A stretch of 64,000 nucleotides of DNA, taken from contig CP186953.1 in the NCBI GenBank assembly GCA_049570475.1, positions 416,001 through 480,000 on the forward strand, read 5' to 3'. Origin of the DNA: Candidatus Methanosuratincola verstraetei (lineage in GTDB: Archaea > Thermoproteota > Methanomethylicia > Methanomethylicales > Methanomethylicaceae). Numbering within the stretch: the stretch's first letter is position 1; each line of letters opens with the position of its first letter. The notes beneath the pieces are model-generated. The model ran no database searches, was not told where the DNA came from, and saw only the letters and a list, made by a program, of their open reading frames with translations. Positions 1 through 10,811 of this stretch are shown piece after piece. The translations under genes and the position numbers were made by a program.

Positions 1-261
1 TTTCCAATCCCTTGCCGAAATTGGGGAGCATGCAGGCGTTGAGGCCCCTAGCGGGAGATAATTTCTCGTTTTCGAGACAAGATCCTTGATCCTACCCCTT
101 AGGGACTCGACCTCGCCCACATATTCGGCTGTTACTGATTCGCCCATTTCCCTTAGGGAAAGATGAAGGTTGGCCTTCTGGTTGACTGCGTCAATAACTT
201 TCTCGGAATCAGATTTTAGAAAAATTAAGGAGGTGTAACACATCCTGATTGGGCGTAGCAT
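1..261 (-). CDS. atpI: A/V-type ATP synthase subunit I, N-terminal part (truncated by window edge)
   Basis: Manual translation from ATG at 261: MLRPIRMCYTSLIFLKSDSEKVIDAVNQKANLHLSLREMGE..., resembles the AtpI N-terminus; open to the window edge; follows atpK. Not in the ORF track. Confidence 0.75.
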   Translation of the reverse strand, partial: MLRPIRMCYTSLIFLKSDSEKVIDAVNQKANLHLSLREMGESVTAEYVGEVESLRGRIKDLVSKTRNYLPLGASTPACSPISARDWK

Positions 262-285
262 CAAGATGCACCCGGTTTACGGCAA

Positions 286-648
286 TCAGATCCTAAGCCA
301 CAACAGGATTGCAATGATTAGGCCGTAGATGGCTATTGCCTCGCATAGGGTTACGACAAGGAAGGCTTTGAAGAAGGTCTCAGGCTTTTCTACCAGCGAC
401 GAGATGGCCGCCGATCCGCTCTTCGCAAGCGCATACCCTGCTGCTAATGCGGGAAGGCTTATTGCGAGAGCAATGGAAATGGTTATCATTGAAGTGTCCA
501 CAGCTTGAGCTGGCTGGGTCAAGGCTTCTGCTGGAACCGATGCAGAAACAATGCTCAATCCAAGCATTAGAAGCAAGACGGGCATCAGTGTGGCTAAAAT
601 TATGAATAATCGCCGGGGCGGTATCGACTCTACGAAGTTAATTTTCAA
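286..648 (-). CDS. atpK: A-type ATP synthase subunit K (c proteolipid) with N-terminal signal-like extension
   Basis: One hydrophobic hairpin with EKPETF loop and conserved carboxylate in CEAIAIYGL. Confidence 0.93.
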   Translation of the reverse strand: MKINFVESIPPRRLFIILATLMPVLLLMLGLSIVSASVPAEALTQPAQAVDTSMITISIALAISLPALAAGYALAKSGSAAISSLVEKPETFFKAFLVVTLCEAIAIYGLIIAILLWLRI

Positions 649-815
649 GGGACAACCTCCGGTTTGGTTTCAGTCTCTTTATTTATCTCGTCCTTCCTTA
701 AATTTATTTTTGAGGCGATTTCTTCTCGAAATAATTTTGCCAAAGCCCTGAATTCTTTCAATTTCTTTTCATAAGCAGCATCTATTTCTTTCAGGATTTC
801 ATCATGCATTTTCAT
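645..815 (-). CDS. small charged helical ATP synthase subunit (G/H/epsilon-like)
   Basis: Lies between atpD and atpK and overlaps both; GGAGG before ATG at 815; K/E-rich coiled-coil composition. Confidence 0.6.
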   Translation of the reverse strand: MKMHDEILKEIDAAYEKKLKEFRALAKLFREEIASKINLRKDEINKETETKPEVVP

Positions 816-1443
816 GGACCTCCGCACGTCTCTCAAGTATGCGCTTCACTTTCTTTACCCTGACAAATTCTTCCCTGTCCCTCTCCTCGAGGATGTTTGA
901 TATCATGGATACCGTAGCAGAGTATCTTGGGATCAGAAACTGTTCCAATGCGTTTATTCTCCTTTGCGTCCTCTTCACTTCCTCGACCAGGTTGATCAGC
1001 GTGTTTTCCAGTTCAGCCACCCTAACTATGAGCTGGAGCGCCTGCTTGAACTTTTCAGCGGCTTCGTCTATGAAGACGGTTGGCCTCTCGAATCCATAGT
1101 TTGTCGTTCTGACCAAATTCTCCAAATTCAGGGAGATGACCGAGACACCCATCACTTTTTTCTTTGAGGTGGAGAGATCGAAGGTTGTTGATGGGAATTT
1201 TGCCGCAGACTCTATTTCCTTTGATCCTACAACCGCTGCGGCTTGGTCAAGCTTAGTATAGGCTTCCCTTAGGAGGCTGTCGAGTTCGCCCCTGAGTTTT
1301 GTGGCCTCGCCGATGCGCCTGTTCACCTCGAGCAGAAGTATGTCCCTCTTCTCCTCCAAAAGATCGTGCGCCCTGCTCAGAAAAGATAGCGTACGCTTGA
1401 ACCTGATCAGGTTCATCTTCGAAGGCGCTACTCGGAGGGACAT
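802..1443 (-). CDS. atpD: A-type ATP synthase subunit D
   Basis: LLEEKRDIL and TQRRINALE...EERDREEF motifs. Confidence 0.97.
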   Translation of the reverse strand: MSLRVAPSKMNLIRFKRTLSFLSRAHDLLEEKRDILLLEVNRRIGEATKLRGELDSLLREAYTKLDQAAAVVGSKEIESAAKFPSTTFDLSTSKKKVMGVSVISLNLENLVRTTNYGFERPTVFIDEAAEKFKQALQLIVRVAELENTLINLVEEVKRTQRRINALEQFLIPRYSATVSMISNILEERDREEFVRVKKVKRILERRAEVHENA

Positions 1444-1452
1444 GAGTTAGCC

Positions 1453-2832
1453 TCACTTTGGCCTGTAGTACTGCTTGAGGAACTTGTCCGAGATCCTGGT
1501 CAGCTCGGACTCTGGAAGCAAGGATAGCATTTCCCACGCCAGCGACAGGGTTGTCTCCAAGCTCCGGTTCTCGTCGAACTTCTGGCTCAGGAAGCGCTGC
1601 TCGAATGCGTCGCCGAATCTCAGGTATGCTCTGTCCTTCTCCGTGAGGCCTTCCTCACCGATGATGGCACTGAGCTGCCTTAGCTCTTGGGATCTGGCAT
1701 ATGCTGAGTAGAGCTGGCTGGCAACAGGCCCGTGGTCCTCCCTCGTCTTTCCCTTCCCTATGCCGTCCTTCATCAACCTTGAGAGGCTTGGGAGGATGTT
1801 AATCGGCGGATAGATGCCTCTGCGGTGCAAGTCCCGGTCTATCACGATCTGCCCCTCAGTGATGTATCCCGTGAGATCCGGGATGGGGTGGGTGATATCG
1901 TCGTTCGGCATCGTTAGGACAGGCATCTGGGTTATGCTGCCTTTCTTGCCCTTTATGCGACCAGCTCGCTCGTATATCGAGGCGAAGTCGCTATACATGT
2001 AGCCAGGGTAGCCCTTCCTGCTCGGGACCTCCTCCCTTGCCGCGCTAGTCTCCCTCAGCGCCTCTGCATAGTTCGTCATGTCAGTGAGGATAACAAGGAC
2101 ATGCATGTCCCTCTCGAATGCAAGGTATTCTGCCAAGGTAAGCGCGCAGCGGGGGGTTACTAGCCTCTCAACCGGAGGATCGTCAGCCAGGTTTAGGAAC
2201 AGCGAGGAGTTCTTGAGTGCCCCAGATTCCTCAAAACTCCTTTTGAAAAAGGCGGCCTCGTCGTGCTTGATCCCCATGGCGACGAATATGACTGCGAAGC
2301 TGGTCTCCTCCCCCGGGATTGTGGCCTGCCTTGCGACCTGGGTTGCAATCAGGTTATGGGGCAGCCCTGACCCTGAAAAGAGCGGCAGTTTCTGACCCCT
2401 AACAAGGGTGTCCATACCGTCTATTGCTGAAATGCCGGTCTGAATGAACTCGTTAGGGTAATCCCTCGAGTACGGGTTCATGGGCAGCCCGTTGACGTCG
2501 CGGTAGTCCTCCGTGAAAGGCGTGGGTCCGCCATCAATAGGCTCTCCCGTGCCGTTGAAAACCCTTCCAAGCATGTCATCAGAGACAGGCAGCATCAACG
2601 GCTTGCCGAGGAATTTTATCGAGGTTTCTGTGGTAGAGAGGCCGGTGGTTCCCTCGAAGACCTCGACAACAGCCATGCCCTTTGAGACCTCAAGCACCCT
2701 TCCCCTCCGCATCTCCCCTTCGCTAGTCCTTATTTCTACGAGCTCATTATAACCTACATTGGACACGCCCTCCACAAAGACTAGCGGTCCGCTGATCTTC
2801 GTGACCCCTCGGAACTCCATCTGCACAGTCAT
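1453..2832 (-). CDS. atpB: A-type ATP synthase subunit B
   Basis: [39 protein letters not shown]. Confidence 0.99.
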   Translation of the reverse strand: MTVQMEFRGVTKISGPLVFVEGVSNVGYNELVEIRTSEGEMRRGRVLEVSKGMAVVEVFEGTTGLSTTETSIKFLGKPLMLPVSDDMLGRVFNGTGEPIDGGPTPFTEDYRDVNGLPMNPYSRDYPNEFIQTGISAIDGMDTLVRGQKLPLFSGSGLPHNLIATQVARQATIPGEETSFAVIFVAMGIKHDEAAFFKRSFEESGALKNSSLFLNLADDPPVERLVTPRCALTLAEYLAFERDMHVLVILTDMTNYAEALRETSAAREEVPSRKGYPGYMYSDFASIYERAGRIKGKKGSITQMPVLTMPNDDITHPIPDLTGYITEGQIVIDRDLHRRGIYPPINILPSLSRLMKDGIGKGKTREDHGPVASQLYSAYARSQELRQLSAIIGEEGLTEKDRAYLRFGDAFEQRFLSQKFDENRSLETTLSLAWEMLSLLPESELTRISDKFLKQYYRPK

Positions 2833-4604
2833 TAGAACTTGACCTCCATAAGCTTCTTGATCTCTGCAGAAAGCGCCTCTGAGAACTTCTGGATCTCGTT
2901 TATGCGCTCATTCTCAATGGACATCCTCAGCTTTGCTAGCTCAGCAAGCTGGGGCAGTGAAACGAGCTTCGAGGCAGGGACGCCTTTTGATATTGCAGCG
3001 CTGGCGGCGTCGTGGAAGTTAAGTATTGCGTCGAGCAGGATGAACTGCTTCTCTGGAGACGAGTATGTGTCTATCGGATCGTAGGCATTCTGCTGCAGGA
3101 AGCCCTCCCTCAAGAGCCTTGCCGTCTCCAGGACGAGTTTTTCTGACTCAGGAAGGGCCTCAGACCCGACCAGCCTAATGACTTCCTTCAGCTCATCCTC
3201 GCGCTTCAGTATCTCCATTGCCTTCAGCCTCTGCGACCTCCATCGGTTCGCTGTGAGTCGGTTCCACCAGCTCTCGACATAGTCGGTGTATTCAGAATAG
3301 CTGGTGAGCCAGTTGATGGCAGGGTAATGGCGCATGCTAGCCAGCGTGCTGTCCAGCGCCCAGAAGCACCTTACGAAGCGCTTGGTGTGGACGGTTACTG
3401 GCTCAGAGAAGTCGCCCCCTGGCGGGGAGACGGCACCGATGAGCGTCACTGACCCGACGCCGCCCCCAAGCGTCTTTACCCTACCCGCCCTTTCGTAGAA
3501 CTCCCCAAGTCTCGAGGACAGATATGAGGGGTAGCCTTCTTCGGCAGGCATCTCTTCAAGCCTACCGGAGATCTCCCTGAGCGCCTCGGCCCACCTGCTT
3601 GTCGAGTCTGCCATTATGGCAACGTTGTATCCCATGTCCCTGAAGTACTCTGCGATGGTAATTCCGGTGTATACACTCGCCTCCCTTGCCGAAACAGGCA
3701 TGTTGCTTGTGTTGGCTATTAGCACAGTCCGCTCCATCAGGGGCCTTCCGCTCTTCGGATCCTTCCACTCTGGGAAGGTCAAAAGAACCTCGGTCATCTC
3801 GTTGCCCCTCTCCCCACAGCCTATGTAGACGATGACTTCTGCGTCAGACCACGCAGCAAGCTGGTGCGAAGTGATCGTCTTTCCCGTTCCGAAACCTCCG
3901 GGAATGGCCACGGCACCGCCCTTGGCGACTGGGAAGAAGGTGTCTATGATCCGCTGCCCAGTTATGAGCGGCTCTGAGGGCTCCAGCCTCTCGACATAGG
4001 GTCGGGGCTCCCTGACGGGCCATTGGTGGTACATCTTCAGCTCTATCTTGCCCTTCTCGCCGGAGACGCGGCAGACAGTATCCTCGACCGTGTAATCCCC
4101 TTCTTTTGCTATGAACTCAACTTTCCCCTTCACGTTAGGCGGGACCAGGCACCTGTGCTCGAAAATCGGGGTCTCCTGGACTGTCCCCATCACCTCCCCG
4201 CCCGAGACAACATCACCCTTCTTTAACTTCGGGACAAAGTGCCATTCCTTTTCCCTCGGCAGCGCCGGCGTCTTTATCCCACGCTTGATGAAATCCCCTG
4301 TGAGTTGCTGGATGACCTCCAGAGGCCTCTGGATGCCGTCAAATATGCCCATGAGCAGTCCAGGACCAAGTTCGACTGCAAGGGGCATGCCCGAACCCAG
4401 CACTTTTTCGCCTGGCTTAAGCCCAACAGTGTCCTCGTAGACCTGGATTGTAGCGGAGTTGCCCTCCACCCTGACGACTTCGCCGATCAGCTCGTCCTTG
4501 CCTACCATCACAAGCTCGTGCATCTCCAGACCTGAGACGTCCTCCGCAACAACAACCGGACCGCTAATCTTACGGATTTTCCCTTTTATCCCCATCACGA
4601 TCAC
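2832..4604 (-). CDS. atpA: A-type ATP synthase subunit A
   Basis: GGFGTGKT P-loop, [34 protein letters not shown]; no intein. Confidence 0.99.
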   Translation of the reverse strand: MIVMGIKGKIRKISGPVVVAEDVSGLEMHELVMVGKDELIGEVVRVEGNSATIQVYEDTVGLKPGEKVLGSGMPLAVELGPGLLMGIFDGIQRPLEVIQQLTGDFIKRGIKTPALPREKEWHFVPKLKKGDVVSGGEVMGTVQETPIFEHRCLVPPNVKGKVEFIAKEGDYTVEDTVCRVSGEKGKIELKMYHQWPVREPRPYVERLEPSEPLITGQRIIDTFFPVAKGGAVAIPGGFGTGKTITSHQLAAWSDAEVIVYIGCGERGNEMTEVLLTFPEWKDPKSGRPLMERTVLIANTSNMPVSAREASVYTGITIAEYFRDMGYNVAIMADSTSRWAEALREISGRLEEMPAEEGYPSYLSSRLGEFYERAGRVKTLGGGVGSVTLIGAVSPPGGDFSEPVTVHTKRFVRCFWALDSTLASMRHYPAINWLTSYSEYTDYVESWWNRLTANRWRSQRLKAMEILKREDELKEVIRLVGSEALPESEKLVLETARLLREGFLQQNAYDPIDTYSSPEKQFILLDAILNFHDAASAAISKGVPASKLVSLPQLAELAKLRMSIENERINEIQKFSEALSAEIKKLMEVKF

Positions 4605-5224
4605 CCGAATAACTTTTCAGCTACTCTCCCCCTCATCTCATCCTTCTTGGATTTGAGTATGGAGTCGATTGTCCTGTCTATGGCAACCTTGCCATCCTTC
4701 GATATCAGCACAAAGCCCCCCGTCCCCAAATCTTCTACTGATATATCACATTTTGGTCCCAGAATTTTTCTTATCGTATCTTCGCCTAACCTCTCAAAGT
4801 CTCTCTTATTCAGGACTACCTTCCCTACATGGAAAAGGCTAGAAATGGACGTCAGCTGTTTTTGCATAATCTCTAAATATTCTTCCTTTTCAGCAAATTC
4901 CAACAGCCGTTCTCTTGCCTCGTCGAATACGCCCTCTATGACTTCCTCCTTAATGCGCAAGGCCTGCATCCTTGCATCGATCTCTGCCTTCGATATCTCC
5001 TTCCTGTATTCGACCTCGGATGATTCTATATACGAGTCCAGAATCTCATTGCTCCGCCTGATCGAGTATTTTTTCGATTCAGACATGATCGATTCGACTG
5101 TGTTCAATGCTTCAGCCATAAGTGCGTCTACCTTTGAACCAGTCTCCTCGAACAGGGCACTGATCAGCCTATTGAAGCCCTCTGTGTCAATTGGTCTTTG
5201 AAGATTAACAGGTTTGCCGCTCAA
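4601..5224 (-). CDS. atpE: A-type ATP synthase subunit E
   Basis: N-terminal coiled coil, C-terminal GGFVL...IDRTIDS...LFG; position in operon. Confidence 0.9.
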   Translation of the reverse strand: MSGKPVNLQRPIDTEGFNRLISALFEETGSKVDALMAEALNTVESIMSESKKYSIRRSNEILDSYIESSEVEYRKEISKAEIDARMQALRIKEEVIEGVFDEARERLLEFAEKEEYLEIMQKQLTSISSLFHVGKVVLNKRDFERLGEDTIRKILGPKCDISVEDLGTGGFVLISKDGKVAIDRTIDSILKSKKDEMRGRVAEKLFG

Positions 5225-5520
5225 ACTTTGACCCCCATTATCCGGCTTATCATAGACTTGAGATCCACAGTGGTTCCAGATTTTTTGCCAGGGACCTCCA
5301 AATAAACAGGCAGTTTGCTCCTTGTTTTTAGCCGCTCTATCTTCTCACCCACGGCAGAAACGTAGTCGCCGTCCATCAACACGATCCCAGCCTCCTCATT
5401 GGATAACAGACCCTCGAGCGCACGGAGGAATTCGTCATCGCTGGTAACTGCGATCGGATGGACTCCTGCAATCTTATAGCCCTCTGCCAATTGCGGGCTA
5501 CCAACGAAAAAAATTTTCAT
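5221..5520 (-). CDS. atpF: A-type ATP synthase subunit F
   Basis: MKIFFVG...GYKIAGV and C-terminal P..EVP...RIMGV pattern. Confidence 0.93.
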   Translation of the reverse strand: MKIFFVGSPQLAEGYKIAGVHPIAVTSDDEFLRALEGLLSNEEAGIVLMDGDYVSAVGEKIERLKTRSKLPVYLEVPGKKSGTTVDLKSMISRIMGVKV

Positions 5521-5536
5521 TGCCTGATCACATTAA

Positions 5537-5803
5537 CTAAGGTTTTTGCGGTGTTCCGATTAATGCTTTCACCTTATTTAGTTTATCTATCAGACGATCA
5601 TATTTGGATACGGGCTCAACGATTAGTCCTAGGGATTTTATTGCTTCAATTCCATCTATCGAATATATTGGGGCCTCAATCTTGACTGGTTCGTCGAACG
5701 GGTTGCCCACCACATAGTCCCTGTATGGCAGGTTTGCCCTGTGTTCTACGACCCAGCCGCCGAGGGTTATTACGTGTTTACCGCGAATTGCTATCTTGGG
5801 CAT
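5537..5803 (-). CDS. ehbP: energy-converting hydrogenase B subunit P
   Basis: HVITLGGWVVE...PYRDYVVGNP.EPVKIEAP pattern; follows ehbO. Confidence 0.85.
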   Translation of the reverse strand: MPKIAIRGKHVITLGGWVVEHRANLPYRDYVVGNPFDEPVKIEAPIYSIDGIEAIKSLGLIVEPVSKYDRLIDKLNKVKALIGTPQKP

Positions 5804-5816
5804 CCTCAGTCCTCCT

Positions 5817-6872
5817 TTAGACTCCTAGCGAAATAATGAGCGCCAGCACACCGATAGCCGACAGCCCTATAGCTGCTGGATAGATCTGCCTGAAGGTGAG
5901 GATTGGCGAGAATGCAACAAGCGCTGCAAGCATTATTGGGAGCAATAGGCTGAGAGCAAGGTTGAGAACCATCATCACTGGCATGAACGGGTCGAAAGGT
6001 ATCCCGATGAAGAGCGTGACGAAAATGCTTGAGAGTGCGAACATGAGGACATTCCTCATGATATAGTAGTATGCCCTCAGCTTGGAAGCATATTCCAGCA
6101 CTCCTCCCTCGATGAGGTCTATCTTCGCCTTGAGTATGCTGAATGGTTTCTCGTTCAGCAGCATGACATAGCCTACAAAGTAGACTATTGCAGCCAGGAT
6201 GCCGGGCAACGTGAACAGGACGGGGCTCGAGGGGAGCGGGGCTGAGAGCCAGCTTGACGACATGATGTAGCCCGGGTTTTGCATCGCGACGACTGATCTT
6301 ATCATCGTGCTCTTTGCCATGGCAAATGGCACCAGGAGTGCAAGGTATAGCGGCAATGACCCAATTGCCATCATCTTCAGGGCCCTCTCAGCCGAGTGCT
6401 GCTCCACAAATTCGCGCTTGATCCCGATGTGTTTAGAACCCTTTGCGATATCCGGAACGGGCATGCTCGTTGAGAGGAAGGACTGGGACTGGGAACCCAT
6501 CAGGACGTAAAGGACTTCCTCGAGCTTGAGCAAACCGGCGATCCCGAGAATGCTCCCCCAACCCAGCACTGCCCACCAGTAAGGCGTTGTGAATAGGAAG
6601 AGCAGGACGACGATTCCGATTCCAAAGTAAACTAGAGACCTGTACAGCCTAGGCATCTGCGCATTTGGATCAACCCGCTTCTTGTACCCGAACTTCAGCA
6701 CCGACCAGAAACCAGGGGTCAAGATCGGCGGCCCGATCCGCTGCTGTATCCTCGCCTGCACCTTCCTCTCGATCCCTGGAAGGACAAGGGAGTAAAGGAC
6801 CCCAATTGCTGCAGCAACTATTGAAGACGCGATCAGACCAAGGACAAACAGAGGCACATCTTCCATAACCAC
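5817..6872 (-). CDS. ehbO: Ehb membrane subunit O (NuoH/HycD-like)
   Basis: ERKVQARIQQRIGPP motif; multiple TM helices. Confidence 0.93.
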   Translation of the reverse strand: MVMEDVPLFVLGLIASSIVAAAIGVLYSLVLPGIERKVQARIQQRIGPPILTPGFWSVLKFGYKKRVDPNAQMPRLYRSLVYFGIGIVVLLFLFTTPYWWAVLGWGSILGIAGLLKLEEVLYVLMGSQSQSFLSTSMPVPDIAKGSKHIGIKREFVEQHSAERALKMMAIGSLPLYLALLVPFAMAKSTMIRSVVAMQNPGYIMSSSWLSAPLPSSPVLFTLPGILAAIVYFVGYVMLLNEKPFSILKAKIDLIEGGVLEYASKLRAYYYIMRNVLMFALSSIFVTLFIGIPFDPFMPVMMVLNLALSLLLPIMLAALVAFSPILTFRQIYPAAIGLSAIGVLALIISLGV

Positions 6873-8054
6873 TCACTTCCTCCATCCGTACTTACGAATA
6901 ATCTCGAGATCAGAGAGGACAAATGACTTTCCTGAGTCCACGATTTCTGCACGAGTGCAGCAGGTAAGACACGGGTCGCAGCTGGCTATCGTCAGAATGG
7001 CCTCGGTTACGTGGTCACCGATGCAGGCGTGCTCCATTGCCGCCAGGTTGGTCGGCGTCGGAGTCCTGATCTTGTAATTCCTTATCCTCCCTTGGCTGTC
7101 AAGGCCATAAGAATGCATCAGCTCCCCCCTGTAGGTTTCCATAAGGGCGGTGGTGAAGTCCATCTCCTCTGCCCTCCAAGATCGGTTCACGACCGGGCCT
7201 TCGGGCAGGTTCTTCACGGCCTGCCTTATGATCTTGAGGCTCTCAAAGATTTCGAGAGCCCTGACCACTATTCGCGCCTTTGTGTCGCAGCTTTCGTCCG
7301 TGATCACGTTGAAATCGAAGGGCTTGTACTCGTCCATCTTTGTCCTCACATCATAGTCCCAGCCGGAGGCCCTTCCGGTCGGACCAGTCGCATGGAACTT
7401 TATTGCATCCTCCTTTGTCAGGAAGCCTATTCCAGTTAGCCTTGACATCACTAGCGGATCTTCAATTATGCGCGCCACATATCCTTTGTACTTCTCCTCG
7501 AATTCGTCGATGCGCTCGAGTATGACCCGCTTGAGGCTCTCCGTCAGATCTGCCCTTGGGCGGATCCCGCCTATGATGGGCACAGACGGCATGACCCTGT
7601 TCCCGCCCACATAAGAGATCAGGTCCATGAAGCTCTCCCTGAGCAGGAAGGACCGCATCGCAAAGGTCTCGTGCCCCACAACCTCGAATGCATGGCCGAA
7701 GAGTATCAGGTGGCTAGTGATACGCTGCATCTCCTGAGTGATCACGCGGATGTAGTTCGCGCGCGGGGGGACATCTATTTTCAGCCCGCCCTCAATGACC
7801 CTGACTGAGTTCCAGGCGTGCACGTGTGAGCAGATTCCGCAGACCCTCTCTGCTATGAGCAGGGCCCTCTCGACAGGCAATCCGTCAAAGAGCTTCTCTA
7901 TGCCCCTGTATGCCATGTTGATGTTCAGTTCGCAGTCCTCGACTATCTCGTCGTTGACGAACAGCCTTATCCTGTAAGGCTCTATAAGCGCCGGGTGAAC
8001 CGGCCCAAATGAGAGCTCCTTCTCGATCTCTACGCGTTTCTCCCCGCTTGTCAT
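6873..8054 (-). CDS. ehbN: group 4 [NiFe]-hydrogenase large subunit EhbN
   Basis: ERVCGIC (L1), DPCLTCCTR (L2) followed by a cleavable C-terminal tail. Confidence 0.96.
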   Translation of the reverse strand: MTSGEKRVEIEKELSFGPVHPALIEPYRIRLFVNDEIVEDCELNINMAYRGIEKLFDGLPVERALLIAERVCGICSHVHAWNSVRVIEGGLKIDVPPRANYIRVITQEMQRITSHLILFGHAFEVVGHETFAMRSFLLRESFMDLISYVGGNRVMPSVPIIGGIRPRADLTESLKRVILERIDEFEEKYKGYVARIIEDPLVMSRLTGIGFLTKEDAIKFHATGPTGRASGWDYDVRTKMDEYKPFDFNVITDESCDTKARIVVRALEIFESLKIIRQAVKNLPEGPVVNRSWRAEEMDFTTALMETYRGELMHSYGLDSQGRIRNYKIRTPTPTNLAAMEHACIGDHVTEAILTIASCDPCLTCCTRAEIVDSGKSFVLSDLEIIRKYGWRK

Positions 8055-8055
8055 C

Positions 8056-8505
8056 TTACGGTGCCTCCAGAATCTTTGGCAAGGCCTTCACGACCCCAGC
8101 TATCACGTCCTCAGGCCTAGGGGCGCAACCAGGGACCTTCACGTCAACGGGTATGACGGTCTCAACAGGCGCCCAGATCTCCTCGTTCTGGCCGATGTCG
8201 CCGACGAGGTTCTTGTACACATTTCCATTCACCGCGCATGCCCCAACGGCGACCACTCCCTTAGGTTCGGGTATCGAATCGTATATCTTCTTCAGGGGCT
8301 CGACCATCTGCCAGGCAACCACACCAGACACAATGAGTACATCGGCCTCCCTAGGGTTCCAGGTCAGGAGGACCCTGTACTGCTCCACATCATACCTAGG
8401 AGATAGCACGGCATTAACAATCTCGATGTCGCATCCGTTGCAGCCGCCAGTGTATGCGACCATGACATGTATCGCATTCTTTCTGCTTGTTGCCTTAAGA
8501 TTCAT
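8056..8505 (-). CDS. ehbM: [NiFe]-hydrogenase small subunit EhbM
   Basis: [21 protein letters not shown]. Confidence 0.96.
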   Translation of the reverse strand: MNLKATSRKNAIHVMVAYTGGCNGCDIEIVNAVLSPRYDVEQYRVLLTWNPREADVLIVSGVVAWQMVEPLKKIYDSIPEPKGVVAVGACAVNGNVYKNLVGDIGQNEEIWAPVETVIPVDVKVPGCAPRPEDVIAGVVKALPKILEAP

Positions 8506-8998
8506 TAATATTACCTCCCTTGGTTATAAGGGAAAAGCTCGAAGAAGGGATGAGCCGCCTAAGCTCCTCTATCTTTTCAGGGGGGGCCCTGATCGGCTTC
8601 TTCAGGACCTCTTGGAGGGTCATCTTTGGGGTGCCGACGTCCCTCGCGTGGATCGGGGCAGCCTCTCCGAAGACCGAGTAGATCGGGCAGAAGTCGTGGC
8701 AGTTGAGGCAGAATATGCATCTTAGGAGATCTATCCGCGGCACCTGGGTCTTCGTGTACCCCTCGACGATCTCGACAGGCTTCTCGAGAGGGACCATCGT
8801 GATTGCATGCGTGGGGCAGATGTTGTAGCACCCTGCGCACCCTATGCACATTTCATCCAAAACAGTTTCCAAAGGCGGTACGCTCATGGTGAGTATCTTC
8901 TTCCTCAAGGCCATGCTCGTTGCGCGATCCGCCTTTGTGAAGACCCTCAGCAGATTCCTATATGCCCCTTGTAGCATGATCCTCAGGAAAGTGATCAT
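8495..8998 (-). CDS. ehbL: 2x[4Fe-4S] subunit EhbL (NuoI-like)
   Basis: [12 protein letters not shown] and [12 protein letters not shown]. Confidence 0.92.
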   Translation of the reverse strand: MITFLRIMLQGAYRNLLRVFTKADRATSMALRKKILTMSVPPLETVLDEMCIGCAGCYNICPTHAITMVPLEKPVEIVEGYTKTQVPRIDLLRCIFCLNCHDFCPIYSVFGEAAPIHARDVGTPKMTLQEVLKKPIRAPPEKIEELRRLIPSSSFSLITKGGNINES

Positions 8999-10071
8999 GG
9001 GAACACCACCACATCGCTAGCTAATCCAGATACATTCTTCGTGTCATAGACCTTCACGACTCGAATGCACTCAGCCGGGCATGTCGCAGCGCATGCTCCG
9101 CACCCGATGCACTTCTTCTCGTCGATGTAGGCGAGGCCATCCTTAAGGTATGGGGCATGATCCCCCTTGAGCGTTATCTTGCAGGCCTCAACGCACAGTG
9201 AGCACCCAACACACATATCCCTGTTGACGCTTATGCGGTGATCTACCAGCTTCCGCTCGGGCAGGCTGCACCTTATGGGTATTGCGTTTGTGGGGCATCC
9301 AGACGCACATATCTCGCACAGTATGCACTTCGACACGTCGACCTCTGGCTTCTTTTCTGTGATCGGGTTGAAGGCGATCGCATCCGTCGGGCACACCCTG
9401 CTGCAGGTCCCGCATCTTATGCAGTCATCAGTGATGGTGCCGTCCCATGAAACAGACTTTATGGAGAGGGCGCCTACAGGGCATGACTTGACGCACCTGC
9501 CGCACATCACGCAGTAGCCGCCAGGGTACCTGTCCTTCAGGTGCATCGTCTGTGGCGGGCAAACCCTAACGCATTCGCCGCACAAGACGCATAGATCAGG
9601 GTTCAGCTTCACGCGGCCAAGCTGGAATGTGAGGGCGTTTGTCGGGCAAGACATTACGCACAGAGAGCATAGCGAGCAGTTGATGATAGATGCCTTTGCG
9701 TCCCCCTTCTTGATGAAGGGCTTTCCGTCCTCGATCACTATCGCCTTTACAGGGCAGTTCTCGTAGCAGCGCATGCATGTGACGCAGTTGACCTTTACCT
9801 TCCTTTCGGAGTATGACTGCATCTTGGAGTAGTGCATCCCGACCTCTTCAGGCTTTATCTTACCTTCGACAGAGTCGATTGCCTTTACCGGGCAGACCTC
9901 GGCGCAGAGGTTGCAGTGGGTGCACTTCCCCTTCTCCTCCACCGTGAACCTTATCGCCCCGGTCGGGCAGAAGTTCCTGCACCTCCCGCAGAGCATGCAC
10001 TTCGTCATGTCCCGGAATATCTTCCTCTTGGTTACCTGTTTCTGTTGCTGCTTAACAGCTTGCAATGTCAT
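8995..10071 (-). CDS. ehbK: polyferredoxin, 10 CxxCxxCxxxC motifs (EhbK C-terminal part)
   Basis: Ten ferredoxin motifs counted; position before ehbL. Confidence 0.88.
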   Translation of the reverse strand: MTLQAVKQQQKQVTKRKIFRDMTKCMLCGRCRNFCPTGAIRFTVEEKGKCTHCNLCAEVCPVKAIDSVEGKIKPEEVGMHYSKMQSYSERKVKVNCVTCMRCYENCPVKAIVIEDGKPFIKKGDAKASIINCSLCSLCVMSCPTNALTFQLGRVKLNPDLCVLCGECVRVCPPQTMHLKDRYPGGYCVMCGRCVKSCPVGALSIKSVSWDGTITDDCIRCGTCSRVCPTDAIAFNPITEKKPEVDVSKCILCEICASGCPTNAIPIRCSLPERKLVDHRISVNRDMCVGCSLCVEACKITLKGDHAPYLKDGLAYIDEKKCIGCGACAATCPAECIRVVKVYDTKNVSGLASDVVVFP

Positions 10072-10523
10072 TTCTGCGCCTCCGCTTTTGCCGCAATCGG
10101 CTTACCTTCAACCAGCTCCCTTATCTTTTCAGGCGTGGCGATCTCCATCAGCAGCTGGTAGTCAACAGGCCCCTTGATCAGCTTTATTGCATCTACCCTT
10201 GCGTTCATTGGGCAGACCTTTACGCAAAGACCGCACCTGACGCAAATCCCTTTGATGTGTCTGCCCCTCACATTGTCCTCCACGAACTTTGCGAAATCGA
10301 ACGGGCAGTGCTTCACGCAGAGCCCACAAAGGGTGCACCTGGATCTGTCCACATAGTAACCGCCAAACTTGTTCTTCCTTATGGCGCCCGTAGGGCAGAC
10401 AGATGCGCAGATCCCACAGGTCGTGCAGCTGAAAGGCAGGCCGTCGGGGTGCTTGATGCAGTCGGTAGGGCAGACTTCCCAGCACTTACCGCATTTGTTG
10501 CAATCAGTCGTCGTGAAGTACAT
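10068..10523 (-). CDS. polyferredoxin, 4 CxxCxxCxxxC motifs (EhbK N-terminal part)
   Basis: FSCTTCGIC...RKNKFGGYYVDRSRC...KGICVRCGLC resembles the EhbK N-terminus. Confidence 0.85.
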   Translation of the reverse strand: MYFTTTDCNKCGKCWEVCPTDCIKHPDGLPFSCTTCGICASVCPTGAIRKNKFGGYYVDRSRCTLCGLCVKHCPFDFAKFVEDNVRGRHIKGICVRCGLCVKVCPMNARVDAIKLIKGPVDYQLLMEIATPEKIRELVEGKPIAAKAEAQK

Positions 10524-10811
10524 TTACTCCAACCTCCTGCTTCCCCTCAAGACACTCCCCACCAGCAGACCAATCGTCGCGGAAATGAATGGAAGGGCAA
10601 AACTGACATGTTCGGCGAGGACCCCTCCCAAGAGGCTCCAAGTATGTATCGGCGCCTCAAACAAGAATGCTGCGACCACACTCATCACCAATATCAGCAA
10701 AGTAGTCCGCCTTGAGAGCCTTGCCACAAACTGCGTCCCTATCGCTATCCCTAAAAGGAAAGCCACAACGGTAGGCGCAATCTCACCCATCGCAGCAGGA
10801 AATACCATCAT
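10524..10811 (-). CDS. ehbJ: Ehb membrane subunit J
   Basis: Small 3-TM protein with AFLLG..G and F..A.IGLLVG; position. Confidence 0.7.
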   Translation of the reverse strand: MMVFPAAMGEIAPTVVAFLLGIAIGTQFVARLSRRTTLLILVMSVVAAFLFEAPIHTWSLLGGVLAEHVSFALPFISATIGLLVGSVLRGSRRLE

